A DNA stretch of 64,000 nucleotides, from assembly GCA_947625225.1 (NCBI GenBank), contig CANQNQ010000003.1, positions 40,068-104,067 of the forward strand. Direction: 5' to 3'. Made by a program: the position numbers and the translations under genes. Each line of letters opens with the position of its first letter. Position 1 is the stretch's first letter. Under the pieces are notes generated by a model, which made no database searches, was not told the origin of the DNA, and saw only the letters and a list, made by a program, of their open reading frames with translations. This document shows, piece by piece, positions 10,146 to 20,036 of the stretch. Origin of the DNA: an uncultured Clostridia bacterium. GTDB taxonomy: Bacteria > Bacillota > Clostridia > Christensenellales > CAG-917.

Positions 10146-11147
10146 TCAGTCCTTTACGGATTGCAGTGCCGTGATGGCGGCAACTGCGGCGATGTCCTCC
10201 GCAACGCAGCCGCGGCTGAGGTCGTTTACGGGAAGCGCCAGACCCTGCATAATGGGGCCTATCGCCATGCAACCGCCAAAGCGCTGGGCTATCTTGTAGC
10301 CTATGTTGCCCGCGTCGAGGTTGGGGAACACAAGCACGTTAGCCTTGCCCGCCACCGTGCTGCCGGGAGCCTTTTGCGCCGCAACGCTGTCAACTATGGA
10401 AGCGTCAAGTTGCATCTCGCCGTCCACGTCTATCTCGGGATGCGCCGCCTTGACCTTCTCGTACGCCGCGCGCACTTTGTCGATGGATTCGTGCTTTGCG
10501 CTGCCCTTGGTGGAGAAGGAAAGCATGGCTATCTTTGGCTCGATATGGCAAATCTTCTTTGCGCTGTCTGCCGCCGCGACGACTATGTCCGCCAGCTGAT
10601 CTTCGGTGGGATAAGGGATGACCGCGCAATCCGCAAATATATATGCGGGATATTTGCCGTACTTGAACTCCGCGGGAGGCACCATAACAAAGCAGCTGGA
10701 CACCGAACCGATGCCGGGCGCCGCCTTGATCACCTGGAACGCCGCGCGGGAAACGTCCGCGGAGCTGAACACCGCGCCGCCAACGACGCCATCCACGTCG
10801 CCGCACTTGAGCGCCACGCAGGCGTAGAACATATTGTTGGACTCAACAAGCGCCTCCGCCTGTTCGATGGTCATGCCCTTTGCTTTGCGCAGCTCGTACA
10901 GCACCTCTGCATAATGCTTGGTGTGAGCGCTTGTCTTGGGATCGTCAAATGTCACACCCGTGAAGTCCACGTCCGCAAACTGTTTTTTTGCCTCCGCTTC
11001 GTTGCCGATAAGCACTACTTTGCACACGCCCTTTTTGGTGAGTATCTCCGCTGCCTTTGCGGCGCGTGCGTCAAAGCCCTCCGCAAGCGCGATAGTCTTG
11101 CCCAGTTTGCCTGCTCTTGCCATCAAATCTTCAACAAATTGTGTCAT
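10146..11147 (-). CDS. pta: phosphate acetyltransferase
   Basis: 333 aa, short Pta form (catalytic domain only), upstream of ackA. Confidence 0.95.
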   Translation of the reverse strand: MTQFVEDLMARAGKLGKTIALAEGFDARAAKAAEILTKKGVCKVVLIGNEAEAKKQFADVDFTGVTFDDPKTSAHTKHYAEVLYELRKAKGMTIEQAEALVESNNMFYACVALKCGDVDGVVGGAVFSSADVSRAAFQVIKAAPGIGSVSSCFVMVPPAEFKYGKYPAYIFADCAVIPYPTEDQLADIVVAAADSAKKICHIEPKIAMLSFSTKGSAKHESIDKVRAAYEKVKAAHPEIDVDGEMQLDASIVDSVAAQKAPGSTVAGKANVLVFPNLDAGNIGYKIAQRFGGCMAIGPIMQGLALPVNDLSRGCVAEDIAAVAAITALQSVKD

Positions 11148-11246
11148 AAATTCTCCTGCGTCACATATAGTGATTGATTTTTTGTTTGAAACAATATATA
11201 ATTATAATTACATTGACGGCAAAAATCAACAAAATGAGGGCGTATT

Positions 11247-12344
11247 TTGAAAATTACGGCGGTAATAGCGGAATATAATCCTTTCCACAACGGACATCTC
11301 AAGCAGCTTAAAACTGCCAAACGCGAAACGCAGGCAAACGCGCTGGTGGTCGTGATGAGCGGCTCCTTCACTCAACACGGCGATATCGCAGTCGCAAGTC
11401 GCGAGCAGCGCGCGGCGTGGGCTATGGAAGCGGGCGCGGATATGGTGCTGGAATTGCCCACAGTATACTCGCTTTCAACGGCAAAAGGCTTTGCGGAGGG
11501 CGCGCTGAAGACTCTGAGTTTGCTTGGCGAATACACGCTGTCCTTCGGCATAGAACACGACGAGCTGGAAGAGCTCAGCCTTGCGGCGGAGTTTGTCAAC
11601 AGCGAGTCAAAGGATATGTCCCGCCTGCTAAAGGGTTATCTCAGCGAGGGCTACTCGGTGGCAAAATCGCGCACGATGGCGCTGGATATGCTCCGCCCGG
11701 ACTTTGCAGAGCTGCTGCGCCAACCCAACAACATTTTAGCGGTCGAGTATATAAAGGCGGGCAATGCATACGGCGGCAAAGTGCAGTATCACGCCGTCAA
11801 CCGCAAACCCGACGACGGCAAAAAATATCTGGGCTCCACCGCCCTGCGCGCGATGCTGGCAAACGGCGAGGATATAGGCGCGTTTGTGCCCGAATTTGTC
11901 AAACTTGAGGGCATGACGAGCGTGGCAAAATACAACACAATATCCACTTACGCACTCAAATCCTCCTCAGCCGAACAACTTGGCGAGCTTGCCAACATAA
12001 GCGAGGGCATGGAAAACAGGATCGCCAAATCCGAATTCAACAACATGGATGAGTACCTGGACCTCACCACCAAACGCTATACCCGCTCTACGATAAAACG
12101 TATTGCGGCAAGCGCCACAGTGGGGCTGACAAAGGATCTTGTGCAGCTGGCGGCCGACGAAAAGCCGTATTGCACAGTGCTCGCGGTAAGACCCTCCAAG
12201 AAGAAAGCTCTGCTGTCTCTTTTGGCGCAGGGGGACGGATACTACTTTTTCAAACACAGCGATTGTGAAAAGGATTGCCCCGTCTATCCCCTCGTACAGC
12301 TGGACGAAAAGGCGGCGAAGATACGCAAGCTCTGCGAGCAGTAA
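11247..12344 (+). CDS. tmcAL: tRNA(Met) cytidine acetate ligase (UPF0348/YlbM family nucleotidyltransferase)
   Basis: N-terminus KITAVIAEYNPFHNGHLKQL (HxGH nucleotidyltransferase motif). TTG start. Confidence 0.8.
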   Translation: MKITAVIAEYNPFHNGHLKQLKTAKRETQANALVVVMSGSFTQHGDIAVASREQRAAWAMEAGADMVLELPTVYSLSTAKGFAEGALKTLSLLGEYTLSFGIEHDELEELSLAAEFVNSESKDMSRLLKGYLSEGYSVAKSRTMALDMLRPDFAELLRQPNNILAVEYIKAGNAYGGKVQYHAVNRKPDDGKKYLGSTALRAMLANGEDIGAFVPEFVKLEGMTSVAKYNTISTYALKSSSAEQLGELANISEGMENRIAKSEFNNMDEYLDLTTKRYTRSTIKRIAASATVGLTKDLVQLAADEKPYCTVLAVRPSKKKALLSLLAQGDGYYFFKHSDCEKDCPVYPLVQLDEKAAKIRKLCEQ

Positions 12345-12400
12345 AACCGTATATCAAAAATGATATAAATATGCATTTAGTGCAACAATGGGAGAAAATT

Positions 12401-12994
12401 ATGTTCACATCCAAACACAAGATCAGATCCGCTCTCTTTGCGCTTTCTCTTGCGCTGATAGTGTTGGGCTTGCTGTTCCTTGTCAACGCAATGGGCGCGG
12501 CAAGGATATTCCCCGCCTTCTACGACATTGAAAACGTGTTGGCAAAGTACATAGTTGTCATCGTTACAATGGCGTGCGGCATAATGCTGTTTTCAAACCT
12601 CGCGACGCTTGTCGAGGAAAAGAAACTGCGCAACGGGCTGACCATAGGGATCACAACATTTTCCACGGTGCTCACTGTGCCGCTGGTGTACGTGTTTATC
12701 GCCATATTCCCCGCCAAATTCAACGGCGCGATAGGCCCCGTGGGCAAGATAATGACGATCGACAAGATAATTGACGGCTTTGTAGCGTGGTTTGGCAACG
12801 GCGCGTTCCTTACGGTGGTGTTGGTGTTTATGCTTATATTGTCCATAGTTTTCATCGCCTTCCCGCTGGTCACGGGAGTGCTTGCGGTCAAGGGCAAAAC
12901 CATAAAGGTGGGCAAGCGTCCCGACAGCGGCAAATTCGGCATATATCTTGCTCCTCTGCCCGTCATCGCAAAGCAGGAGGCGGAAAACAAATAA
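12401..12994 (+). CDS. hypothetical multi-pass membrane protein
   Basis: ATG preceded by GGAGA. 197 aa with about five hydrophobic segments and no recognisable family. Confidence 0.6.
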   Translation: MFTSKHKIRSALFALSLALIVLGLLFLVNAMGAARIFPAFYDIENVLAKYIVVIVTMACGIMLFSNLATLVEEKKLRNGLTIGITTFSTVLTVPLVYVFIAIFPAKFNGAIGPVGKIMTIDKIIDGFVAWFGNGAFLTVVLVFMLILSIVFIAFPLVTGVLAVKGKTIKVGKRPDSGKFGIYLAPLPVIAKQEAENK

Positions 12995-13038
12995 CCGCCC
13001 TCATATTTGCAAAACGTTATAATAATGGGTTTTAAGAA

Positions 13039-13068
13039 GCGGTCTGACTTTTGTCGGATCGTTTTTTT
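13039..13068 (+). terminator. intrinsic terminator
   Basis: 9-bp hairpin CGGTCTGAC/GTCGGATCG followed by T8. Confidence 0.7.
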
Positions 13069-13100
13069 TGCGACATATAAAAAATCCGCGTTGAATATGC

Positions 13101-14072
13101 TTGAATATGGCTGTAAAAGGGGCGCGCATAGGCAAGATAATCGCTGCGGCAGGCGTGGCGGCGTTTATGGTGATGATGCTTGCAGCGCCCTCATTTTATC
13201 TGGATTCCGCGCGCAGGGGGCTCAGCCTGTACGCGACAAGCGTGCTGCCCTCGCTGTTTCCGTTCTATTTTTGCTCGCTGCTTTTGACCTACATAGGCGC
13301 CGCAAAGACGGTATCGGGACTGCTTGGCAAACCGATGCAACTGCTCTACCGCGCGCCCAAAGTCAGCGCATACGTGCTGGCGCTCAGCATGCTGTCGGGC
13401 TACCCAGTGGGCGCAAGCATGACGGCGGAGCTGTACGCCGCGGGCGTGATAGACAGCAAGGAGGCAAAATGTATAGCCTCCTTTGCTTCCACCTCAGGTC
13501 CCATTTTTATGCTGGGTACGGTGGGCAGCGCGATATTCGGCGACATGCGCGTGGGCGCAGTTGTGCTTGCCGCACACTATATCTCCGCCCTGCTAAACGG
13601 GCTTATATACCGCATGCGCAAAGGCGGCGAGAATACAAAAACCTTTGTCCCGCCGCAGGAATATGACGACCTGCTTTCAAAAACCATATCCACATCCACG
13701 CTGAACATGTTGTACGTGGGCGGCTACATCGTGCTGTGCGGCATGCTGGTGGACACGCTCTCCCTGGTCGGGCTTAACAATGTTATATCCGCTCATCTTG
13801 GCGACGCCGCGGAATCTATGCAAGCGCTGATATGCGGCGCAATCGAGATGACGCGCGGATGTCTTGCCGCGGCTGAGTGCACCTATCGTCCGCTTGCCGT
13901 AGCGCTGGCGGCGGGGATAGTGTCGCTTGGCGGATTGTCGGTGACTTTGCAGAATTTCACCTTTTTGTCAAAGTGCGGCATGAAGGCATACGAAGTGGCA
14001 ATACGAAAAACAACTCAATGCATATTGGCATTTGTTGTTGCATTTCTGCTTGCGCTGGTGTGTAAACTGTGA
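13101..14072 (+). CDS. ylbJ: sporulation integral membrane protein YlbJ-like (nucleoside-recognition domain family)
   Basis: Motif SVLPSLFPFYFCSLLL and a polytopic profile. The start is ambiguous between the TTG at 13101 and the ATG at 13107. Confidence 0.75.
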   Translation: MNMAVKGARIGKIIAAAGVAAFMVMMLAAPSFYLDSARRGLSLYATSVLPSLFPFYFCSLLLTYIGAAKTVSGLLGKPMQLLYRAPKVSAYVLALSMLSGYPVGASMTAELYAAGVIDSKEAKCIASFASTSGPIFMLGTVGSAIFGDMRVGAVVLAAHYISALLNGLIYRMRKGGENTKTFVPPQEYDDLLSKTISTSTLNMLYVGGYIVLCGMLVDTLSLVGLNNVISAHLGDAAESMQALICGAIEMTRGCLAAAECTYRPLAVALAAGIVSLGGLSVTLQNFTFLSKCGMKAYEVAIRKTTQCILAFVVAFLLALVCKL

Positions 14073-14188
14073 TAAAATGCAACAAAAGCGCGCTTTTGAC
14101 GTAAATTGTGTGACATAAAATCTTGACTTTTGCGGATCTCACTATATATAGTGTAGGCAGAAAGTTTTTCAATATTTCAGGAGGAACT

Positions 14189-14677
14189 ATGAATAAAAGT
14201 TGGAGCAACACTGCGCTGGTTGCTTATTCTTTGCTACCAAAAATAGTAAATGAGCTTGATTTTAGGGTGAATTCGCGCGTAAATTCGTCATTTCAGAGCC
14301 GCCACCTGAAAATCGGTTTGAGCAACGAACAACTAATTGGTGAAATTGTTGAACTGATCGACGAAAAACGCAAGATGGTAAACTTGCGCTTCATTGTGTC
14401 CACAACGCTTGAGAAACTTGAGCCGCGAGACAGGGATATATTGACCAAACGCATGATCAAAAAACAGACATTTATTGATATTGCCGAAGAGGAAAACGTC
14501 ACGCTGCGCACCGTTTTCAGACGCTTTGCCGTAGCGCAAGTCGCGTTTTCAAAACAGATGAGCAAACAAGGCTTTACCGAAAAATGGTTTGAGTCGGAAT
14601 ACGGCGAGGATAAATATATCAGACCTATATTCGAGCGTATCAACGATGACGCCTACTTCATTGCAAAAAGCATGTGA
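14189..14677 (+). CDS. small sigma-70 region-4-like HTH protein
   Basis: GGAGG then ATG. 162 aa. The segment LEPRDRDILTKRMIKKQTFIDIAEEENVTLRTVFRR resembles a sigma region 4 / LuxR-type HTH. Confidence 0.5.
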   Translation: MNKSWSNTALVAYSLLPKIVNELDFRVNSRVNSSFQSRHLKIGLSNEQLIGEIVELIDEKRKMVNLRFIVSTTLEKLEPRDRDILTKRMIKKQTFIDIAEEENVTLRTVFRRFAVAQVAFSKQMSKQGFTEKWFESEYGEDKYIRPIFERINDDAYFIAKSM

Positions 14678-14696
14678 CCGCCTGCTTGCTTATTTT

Positions 14697-14722
14697 ACGG
14701 ACGGCTTGTGCCGCCCGTTTTT
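14697..14722 (+). terminator. intrinsic terminator
   Basis: GC-rich hairpin ACGGACGGC/GCCGCCCGT followed by a T-run. Confidence 0.65.
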
Positions 14723-14852
14723 ATAAACGCGCGAATTTTTGAAAAATATCGCCTGTTATGCAAAATTATATTCCTTTAGAATACCTATATTCAAACTGAA
14801 ATTTATAAAAAATCACCCGTTCGAAATGTGCGCGGATGATTCTTTTATGTCT

Positions 14853-15686
14853 TTATTCTTCCTTATCGTCCTCGACAAGGTCAAGGTCAAGGTCTCCTAT
14901 CTTTTGCAAGGATACGCTTGCTTTGTCCTCACTGCTCTGCCAATAGCTGTTGTTAATGTTGATCTTCAGCAGCGAATCTATATCGAATTGAGTCCACGGC
15001 TCGATCTCCGGCGGATATGCCCTGAACACCATTGGTTGTTTGGATACCGGTTGAAGCAAGCGCAATTGCATTGCCCACAGCGCAAGGTTTTTGGTCATAT
15101 CATCCTTTTTTCCGTTGGGCTTACCATATTTGACGTCTCCTACGATGGGATTGCCCATGGTGGCAAGCTGAACGCGTATCTGATGCGTCCTGCCCGTCTG
15201 CAGATCCACCTGCAACAAACTGCGTTTGCGGTCGGCAGTTACAGCCAAAACTTTGTAGTCGAGCTCGGCATATTTTGCGTCCTCGCTGAGGGCGGGCACG
15301 ACGCGCACGATGTTGTCCGGGAATTTCTTGAGGTAGTTTATCAGCTTTTTACTGCTGTCGCGCGGGACGCCCTCCACCACCGCAAGATATCTCTTTTCAA
15401 ATTCGCCGCCTTTTATTTGTTCGCATATTTTTTGGGAAGCCTTAGAGGTCTTGGCAAAAGCCATCACGCCGCCGGTAGGTCTGTCCAGTCTGTGCACAAG
15501 CCCAAGATACGCCTCGCCGGGCTTTTTGCAGGACTCAACAAGATATCGCTTGAGGATGTTTAGTAAGTCCTTGTCGCCCGACGCGTCCGCCTGCACGGGC
15601 AGGTTTGCGGGCTTCTCGACGATCAACAGATGATTGTCCTCATATATAATGTTGATGCCCATGTAATTGGTAGTATCGTAGATCAT
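14853..15686 (-). CDS. RluA-family pseudouridine synthase
   Basis: Catalytic motif HRLDRPTGGVM, plus IIYEDNHLLIVEKPA and HQIRVQLA. Confidence 0.85.
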   Translation of the reverse strand: MIYDTTNYMGINIIYEDNHLLIVEKPANLPVQADASGDKDLLNILKRYLVESCKKPGEAYLGLVHRLDRPTGGVMAFAKTSKASQKICEQIKGGEFEKRYLAVVEGVPRDSSKKLINYLKKFPDNIVRVVPALSEDAKYAELDYKVLAVTADRKRSLLQVDLQTGRTHQIRVQLATMGNPIVGDVKYGKPNGKKDDMTKNLALWAMQLRLLQPVSKQPMVFRAYPPEIEPWTQFDIDSLLKININNSYWQSSEDKASVSLQKIGDLDLDLVEDDKEE

Positions 15687-15761
15687 AGTGTTACAAATTC
15701 CGCCGTTTTATAGAATAGTTATATTTTATTTTACTTTGTTTTATTGTGCACACATAGCGCT

Positions 15762-16619
15762 TCAATCAAACTCCGCAAAGGCGGTACAGCCCTGCGGCAG
15801 CACCAGCCCCTCCTCCGTCGCAAGGCCTATCTCGTCTGCGTCGATACGCGCCCCGCTGCCAAGCGAAAGCTTGAGGATATTGCTCATCACAGTGGGTTGC
15901 AGCCCGGTTGTGTAGCTGTTGAGGCACACAAACAGCGGGCTGTCGTCAAGCAGCTGCGCCACCACATCGGCAAGCTCCGATATGCCTTCCTCTATCTTCC
16001 ACTTTTCGCCGTTGGGACCTCTGCCGAAGCTGGGCGGGTCAAGGATGACCGCGTCGTAACGCCTACCGCGCTTTATCTCGCGCTTGCAGAACTTGAAGCA
16101 ATCGTCGATTATATATCTCATTCCGTCGCCGTCAAGTCCGCTGAGCCTGACGTTGTCGCCTGCGCGTTCAACCATAGCCTTTGCGCCGTCCACGTGGCAC
16201 ACGTTTGCACCCGCTTTGAGACATGCAACGGAAGCCGCGCCCGTGTAGCCAAATAAGTTGAGCACGCTGACGCCCTGCCCTCGTGCCGATATCAGCTTCA
16301 TCATTCTGTCCCAATTGACGGCTTGCTCGGGAAACAAGCCCGTGTGCTTGAAGCCCATAAGTTTGAGGGAAAATCTGAGGTCGCGCCAACCAACGGTAAA
16401 CTCGGAAGGGACACTGTGGATATACTCCCAATGTCCTCCGCCCGTGGAGCTGCGCTCGTAAACAGCGTCTATGCCGTCGTAGCTCCTCAACGGTTTTGCG
16501 GCGCGCCATATGACCTGCGGATCGGGACGCAACAGCACATATTTGCCCCAACGCTCCAGCTTTTCGCCGTCGCCGGTGGCGATGACGCTGTAATCTTTCC
16601 AATCGGGAGCTATCCTCAT
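15762..16619 (-). CDS. class I SAM-dependent methyltransferase (RlmI/RlmK-like rRNA methyltransferase family)
   Basis: SAM-binding motifs LNLFGYTGAAS and ILDPPSFGRG. Its ATG overlaps the ileS stop as ATGA, suggesting translational coupling. Confidence 0.75.
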   Translation of the reverse strand: MRIAPDWKDYSVIATGDGEKLERWGKYVLLRPDPQVIWRAAKPLRSYDGIDAVYERSSTGGGHWEYIHSVPSEFTVGWRDLRFSLKLMGFKHTGLFPEQAVNWDRMMKLISARGQGVSVLNLFGYTGAASVACLKAGANVCHVDGAKAMVERAGDNVRLSGLDGDGMRYIIDDCFKFCKREIKRGRRYDAVILDPPSFGRGPNGEKWKIEEGISELADVVAQLLDDSPLFVCLNSYTTGLQPTVMSNILKLSLGSGARIDADEIGLATEEGLVLPQGCTAFAEFD

Positions 16620-19600
16620 TTGTCCACTCTCTTCACGGTAAACGTTACCTTTTGACCGTTGATGTCCACTTCCTTGGTGAAGCCGCCCGCTTCCTCGACA
16701 ATGCCGTCGCACAGCACGTCCGCAAAGAACTTTGCGTCGTCAAGCACCTGCTTTGCGATGCCTTCCGCGGCGTAACCCACAAGTATGTGGTCGGTGACCT
16801 CGAAGCCCGCTTCCTTGCGCATATTTTGCAACTTGCTGACTATCTCGCGTTGGATGCCCTCAAGCACAAGGTCGTCGGTGAGCGCGGTGTCAAGCACGAC
16901 GGTGGTCTCGCCGTCGGATTCTGAGGAGAAACCCTCTTTATTTTTGACGGTTATAAGCAGATCCTCCTCGCTGAGGACTATCTGTTTGCCGTCTATTTCG
17001 CACACAAATTGGCTCTTGACGTCCTCGTCTGTGCCACGCTTCTCGCGATATTCGGACTTGATATCGTCAAGCGCCTTCCTTCTGCGCACGGCCTCGACGA
17101 TATCTTTTGGTTTTTCAGCCATCAACGCCCTTATCTTTCCAAGCAATGGGCCGTATTTTGGGCCCAGAGTCCTCAGCTGCGGCTTTACCTCATAGCTGAC
17201 AAATTCCTCCGCGTCCTCGCCGGAAGCCTCCACGCTCTTGACGTTCAACTCGTCCTCGACAAGCGCTTTGAGGTCCTGCTCCAGCTCATATTTGCCGTTG
17301 TAAAGCAGGCGCGACAGCGGCTGGCGGTTTTTGAGATTGGACTTGTTGCGCGCTGAGCGTCCCAGCACAACCAGTTTGAGCACATTGTCCATGCCCGCCT
17401 CAAGTTTTTTATCCACGCGTGCGGCATCGACAACGGGAAACGCGGTCAGATGAACGCTTTCCGGCGCGTCCGCAAAGAAGTTGCGCACCAGATTCTGATA
17501 CATGCTCTCCGCCATAAACGGGACATATGGCGCGATAAGTTTGCAGAGTGTGGACAGCACGGTGTACAGCGTCATATACGCGGCTTCCTTGCTCTTGTCC
17601 ATGCCGTTGCCCCAGAAGCGGTCGCGGGAGCGGCGCACATACCAGTTGGACAGATTGTCGGTAAACTGCTCGATCGCGCGCGCAGTCTCAAATATCTTGT
17701 ATTGCTCAAGCCCCTTGTCAACGGTGTCTATAAGCGTGTTGAGTCCGGACAGTATCCACCTGTCCATGACGTTAAGCTCGCAATCCTCAAGTTTGTGTTG
17801 AGAGGGGTCGAATTTGTCTATCTCAGCATAGAGCACGTAGAACGCATAGGTGTTCCACAGCGTGCCCAAAAACTTTCGCTGTGATTCACTCACGTTTTCA
17901 GCGGCAAATCTGGACGGCAGCCACGGAGCGGACGCGGTATAGAAGTACCACCTTGTGGCGTCCGCGCCCTGCTTGTCCAGCACCGTCCACGGATCGACGA
18001 CGTTGCCCTTGTGTTTGGACATCTTTATTCCGTCTTTGTCGTTGACGTGTCCAAGAACAATACAATTTTTGAAAGGCGCGCGGCCAAACAGCATCGTGTT
18101 GATGGCAAGCAGCGTATAAAACCAACCTCTCGTCTGATCGACGGCTTCCGAAATAAAGTCGGCGGGGAAAACCTTTTCAAACAATTCCTTGTTTTCAAAG
18201 GGATAATGCCACTGCGCAAAGGGCATGGAGCCGCTGTCGAACCAGCAGTCCAACACCTCGGGCGTGCGTTCCATCGTGCCGCCGCATTCGCACTGCCACT
18301 TCACGGCGTCGATGTAGGGACGGTGCAGTTCTATATCCTTGTCGAGGTGCCCCATGCGCCTCAGCTCCTCCTTGGAGCCGATGACGTGTACCTTTCCGCA
18401 CTTGTTACAAACCCATATAGGCAGAGGCGTGCCCCAATATCTCTCGCGGGAAATGCCCCAATCTATGACGTTTTCAAGGAAGTTGCCCATCCTGCCCGTC
18501 TTGATGGTATCGGGCATCCAATTGACCGAATCGTTGGAAGCAAGCAGTTGATCGCGCACCGCGGTCACCTTGATGAACCACGTGCTTCTTGCGTAGTAGA
18601 TAAGCGGCGTATCGCAGCGCCAGCAGAAGGGATAACTGTGCGTAAAGCGCATTGTTTTGAACAGCTTGCCCTCCATTTTGAGCTTTTCGATTATGTGCTT
18701 ATCGCCGTCCTTGCAAAATACGCCCTTGAGGTCGTCCACTTCGTCCTTGAACAAGCCGCGTTCGTTGACCATCTGCACAAAGGGCAGTCCGTACTTTCTG
18801 CCCACGCGGCTGTCGTCGTCGCCGAATGCGGGCGCGATATGCACCACGCCCGTGCCGTCCGTCAATGTGACGTAATCGTCATTGGTGACAAAGTACGCTT
18901 TTTCGGCAAAATCGTATTTGTAATCGAACAAAGGCTCATACTCGCAACGCTCGTATTCGCGGCCCTTCTTCGTGGATATCCTGGTGTACGGCATATCCTT
19001 GAACACGCTGTCGATGAGCGCGTCGGCAAGGATGTACCTCTCGCCCTCGCACTCTATCTCGGTGTAGTCCTCGTGCCCGTTCATGCACAGGGCAACGTTG
19101 GAAGGCAGCGTCCAGGGCGTCGTCGTCCAGGCAAGAAAATAGGTGTTGCCCCTGCCCTTGACCTTGAACTTGACAAACACGGAGGTCTCCTCCACATCCT
19201 TGTAGCCCTGCGCGACCTCGTGGGAGCTGAGCGCCGTCCCGCAGCGGGGGCAATACGGCACGCACTTGTAACCCTTGTAAAGCAAGCCCTTGTCCGCGAT
19301 GGTCTTCAGCGCCCACCACACGGACTCGATGTAGTTGTCCGAATAGGTGATGTAAGGATTTTTCATATCCGCCCAGTAGCCTATGCGGTCTGACATCTTC
19401 TGCCACTCGTCGGTATACTTAAAGACGGACTCCTTGCACTTTTTGACAAAAGGCTCTATGCCGTACTTTTCTATCTCCTTTTTGCCGTCTATGCCCAGAG
19501 ACTTTTCAACTTCCAGCTCCACGGGCAGACCGTGCGTATCCCAGCCCGCCTTGCGCAAAACGTGGTAGCCCTTCATGGTCTTGTAGCGCGGAATTATATC

Positions 19601-19795
19601 CTTCATAACGCGCGTCAGGATGTGCCCGATGTGCGGCTTGCCGTTGGCGGTGGGAGGGCCGTCATAAAAGCTGAATTCCGGCGCGCCTTCGTTTTTTGCA
19701 ACGCTCTTTTCAAAGATGTTGTTCTGCTTCCAAAATTCTAGTATCTCTTTTTCTCTTTCGACAAAATTGAGATTAGAGTCAACCGGTTTGTACAT
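16616..19795 (-). CDS. ileS: isoleucine--tRNA ligase, type 2
   Basis: 1059 aa with HIGH motif PPTANGKPHIGH and KMSKS motif IKMSKHKGN. The N-terminus (FSFYDGPPTANG) and the lack of a C-terminal Zn finger fit the type 2 form. Confidence 0.96.
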   Translation of the reverse strand: MYKPVDSNLNFVEREKEILEFWKQNNIFEKSVAKNEGAPEFSFYDGPPTANGKPHIGHILTRVMKDIIPRYKTMKGYHVLRKAGWDTHGLPVELEVEKSLGIDGKKEIEKYGIEPFVKKCKESVFKYTDEWQKMSDRIGYWADMKNPYITYSDNYIESVWWALKTIADKGLLYKGYKCVPYCPRCGTALSSHEVAQGYKDVEETSVFVKFKVKGRGNTYFLAWTTTPWTLPSNVALCMNGHEDYTEIECEGERYILADALIDSVFKDMPYTRISTKKGREYERCEYEPLFDYKYDFAEKAYFVTNDDYVTLTDGTGVVHIAPAFGDDDSRVGRKYGLPFVQMVNERGLFKDEVDDLKGVFCKDGDKHIIEKLKMEGKLFKTMRFTHSYPFCWRCDTPLIYYARSTWFIKVTAVRDQLLASNDSVNWMPDTIKTGRMGNFLENVIDWGISRERYWGTPLPIWVCNKCGKVHVIGSKEELRRMGHLDKDIELHRPYIDAVKWQCECGGTMERTPEVLDCWFDSGSMPFAQWHYPFENKELFEKVFPADFISEAVDQTRGWFYTLLAINTMLFGRAPFKNCIVLGHVNDKDGIKMSKHKGNVVDPWTVLDKQGADATRWYFYTASAPWLPSRFAAENVSESQRKFLGTLWNTYAFYVLYAEIDKFDPSQHKLEDCELNVMDRWILSGLNTLIDTVDKGLEQYKIFETARAIEQFTDNLSNWYVRRSRDRFWGNGMDKSKEAAYMTLYTVLSTLCKLIAPYVPFMAESMYQNLVRNFFADAPESVHLTAFPVVDAARVDKKLEAGMDNVLKLVVLGRSARNKSNLKNRQPLSRLLYNGKYELEQDLKALVEDELNVKSVEASGEDAEEFVSYEVKPQLRTLGPKYGPLLGKIRALMAEKPKDIVEAVRRRKALDDIKSEYREKRGTDEDVKSQFVCEIDGKQIVLSEEDLLITVKNKEGFSSESDGETTVVLDTALTDDLVLEGIQREIVSKLQNMRKEAGFEVTDHILVGYAAEGIAKQVLDDAKFFADVLCDGIVEEAGGFTKEVDINGQKVTFTVKRVDK

Positions 19796-19885
19796 TTTTT
19801 ACCTATCCAAATATTTTTAGATTATAATATTATAACTGTATAGCACAAAAAACGCAAGAATTTTGTTTGCGTTGCTCAAATACAT

Positions 19886-19913
19886 TTGACAAAAGCCGCA
19901 ATTTGTATATAAT
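19886..19913 (+). promoter_or_regulatory. sigma-70-type promoter for tRNA-Gly
   Basis: TTGACA, 16-nt spacer, TATAAT, ending 10 nt upstream of the tRNA 5' end. Confidence 0.55.
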
Positions 19914-19923
19914 TGAATTGTTT

Positions 19924-19997
19924 GCAGGCGTAGTTTAATGGCAAAACGAGAGCTTCCCAAGCTTTAGTCGTGAGTTCGATTCTCATCGCCTGCTCCA
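19924..19997 (+). tRNA. tRNA-Gly (anticodon CCC), CCA encoded
   Basis: The cloverleaf was folded by hand. Acceptor GCAGGCG/CGCCTGC, D stem GTTT/AAAC, anticodon loop TTCCCAA, T arm GTGAG-TTCGATT-CTCAT, then T-CCA. Confidence 0.9.
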
Positions 19998-20003
19998 GAC
20001 CAA

Positions 20004-20030
20004 AAAAGCGCATTGACCTGATGCGCTTTT
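20004..20030 (+). terminator. intrinsic terminator after tRNA-Gly
   Basis: Hairpin AAAAGCGCAT-loop-ATGCGCTTTT. Confidence 0.8.
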
Positions 20031-20036
20031 ACTTTA

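Noticed and set aside
9486-11177. 563-aa ORF on the plus strand
   Set aside because: It is antisense to ackA and pta, both of which have unambiguous motifs. It is a shadow ORF.
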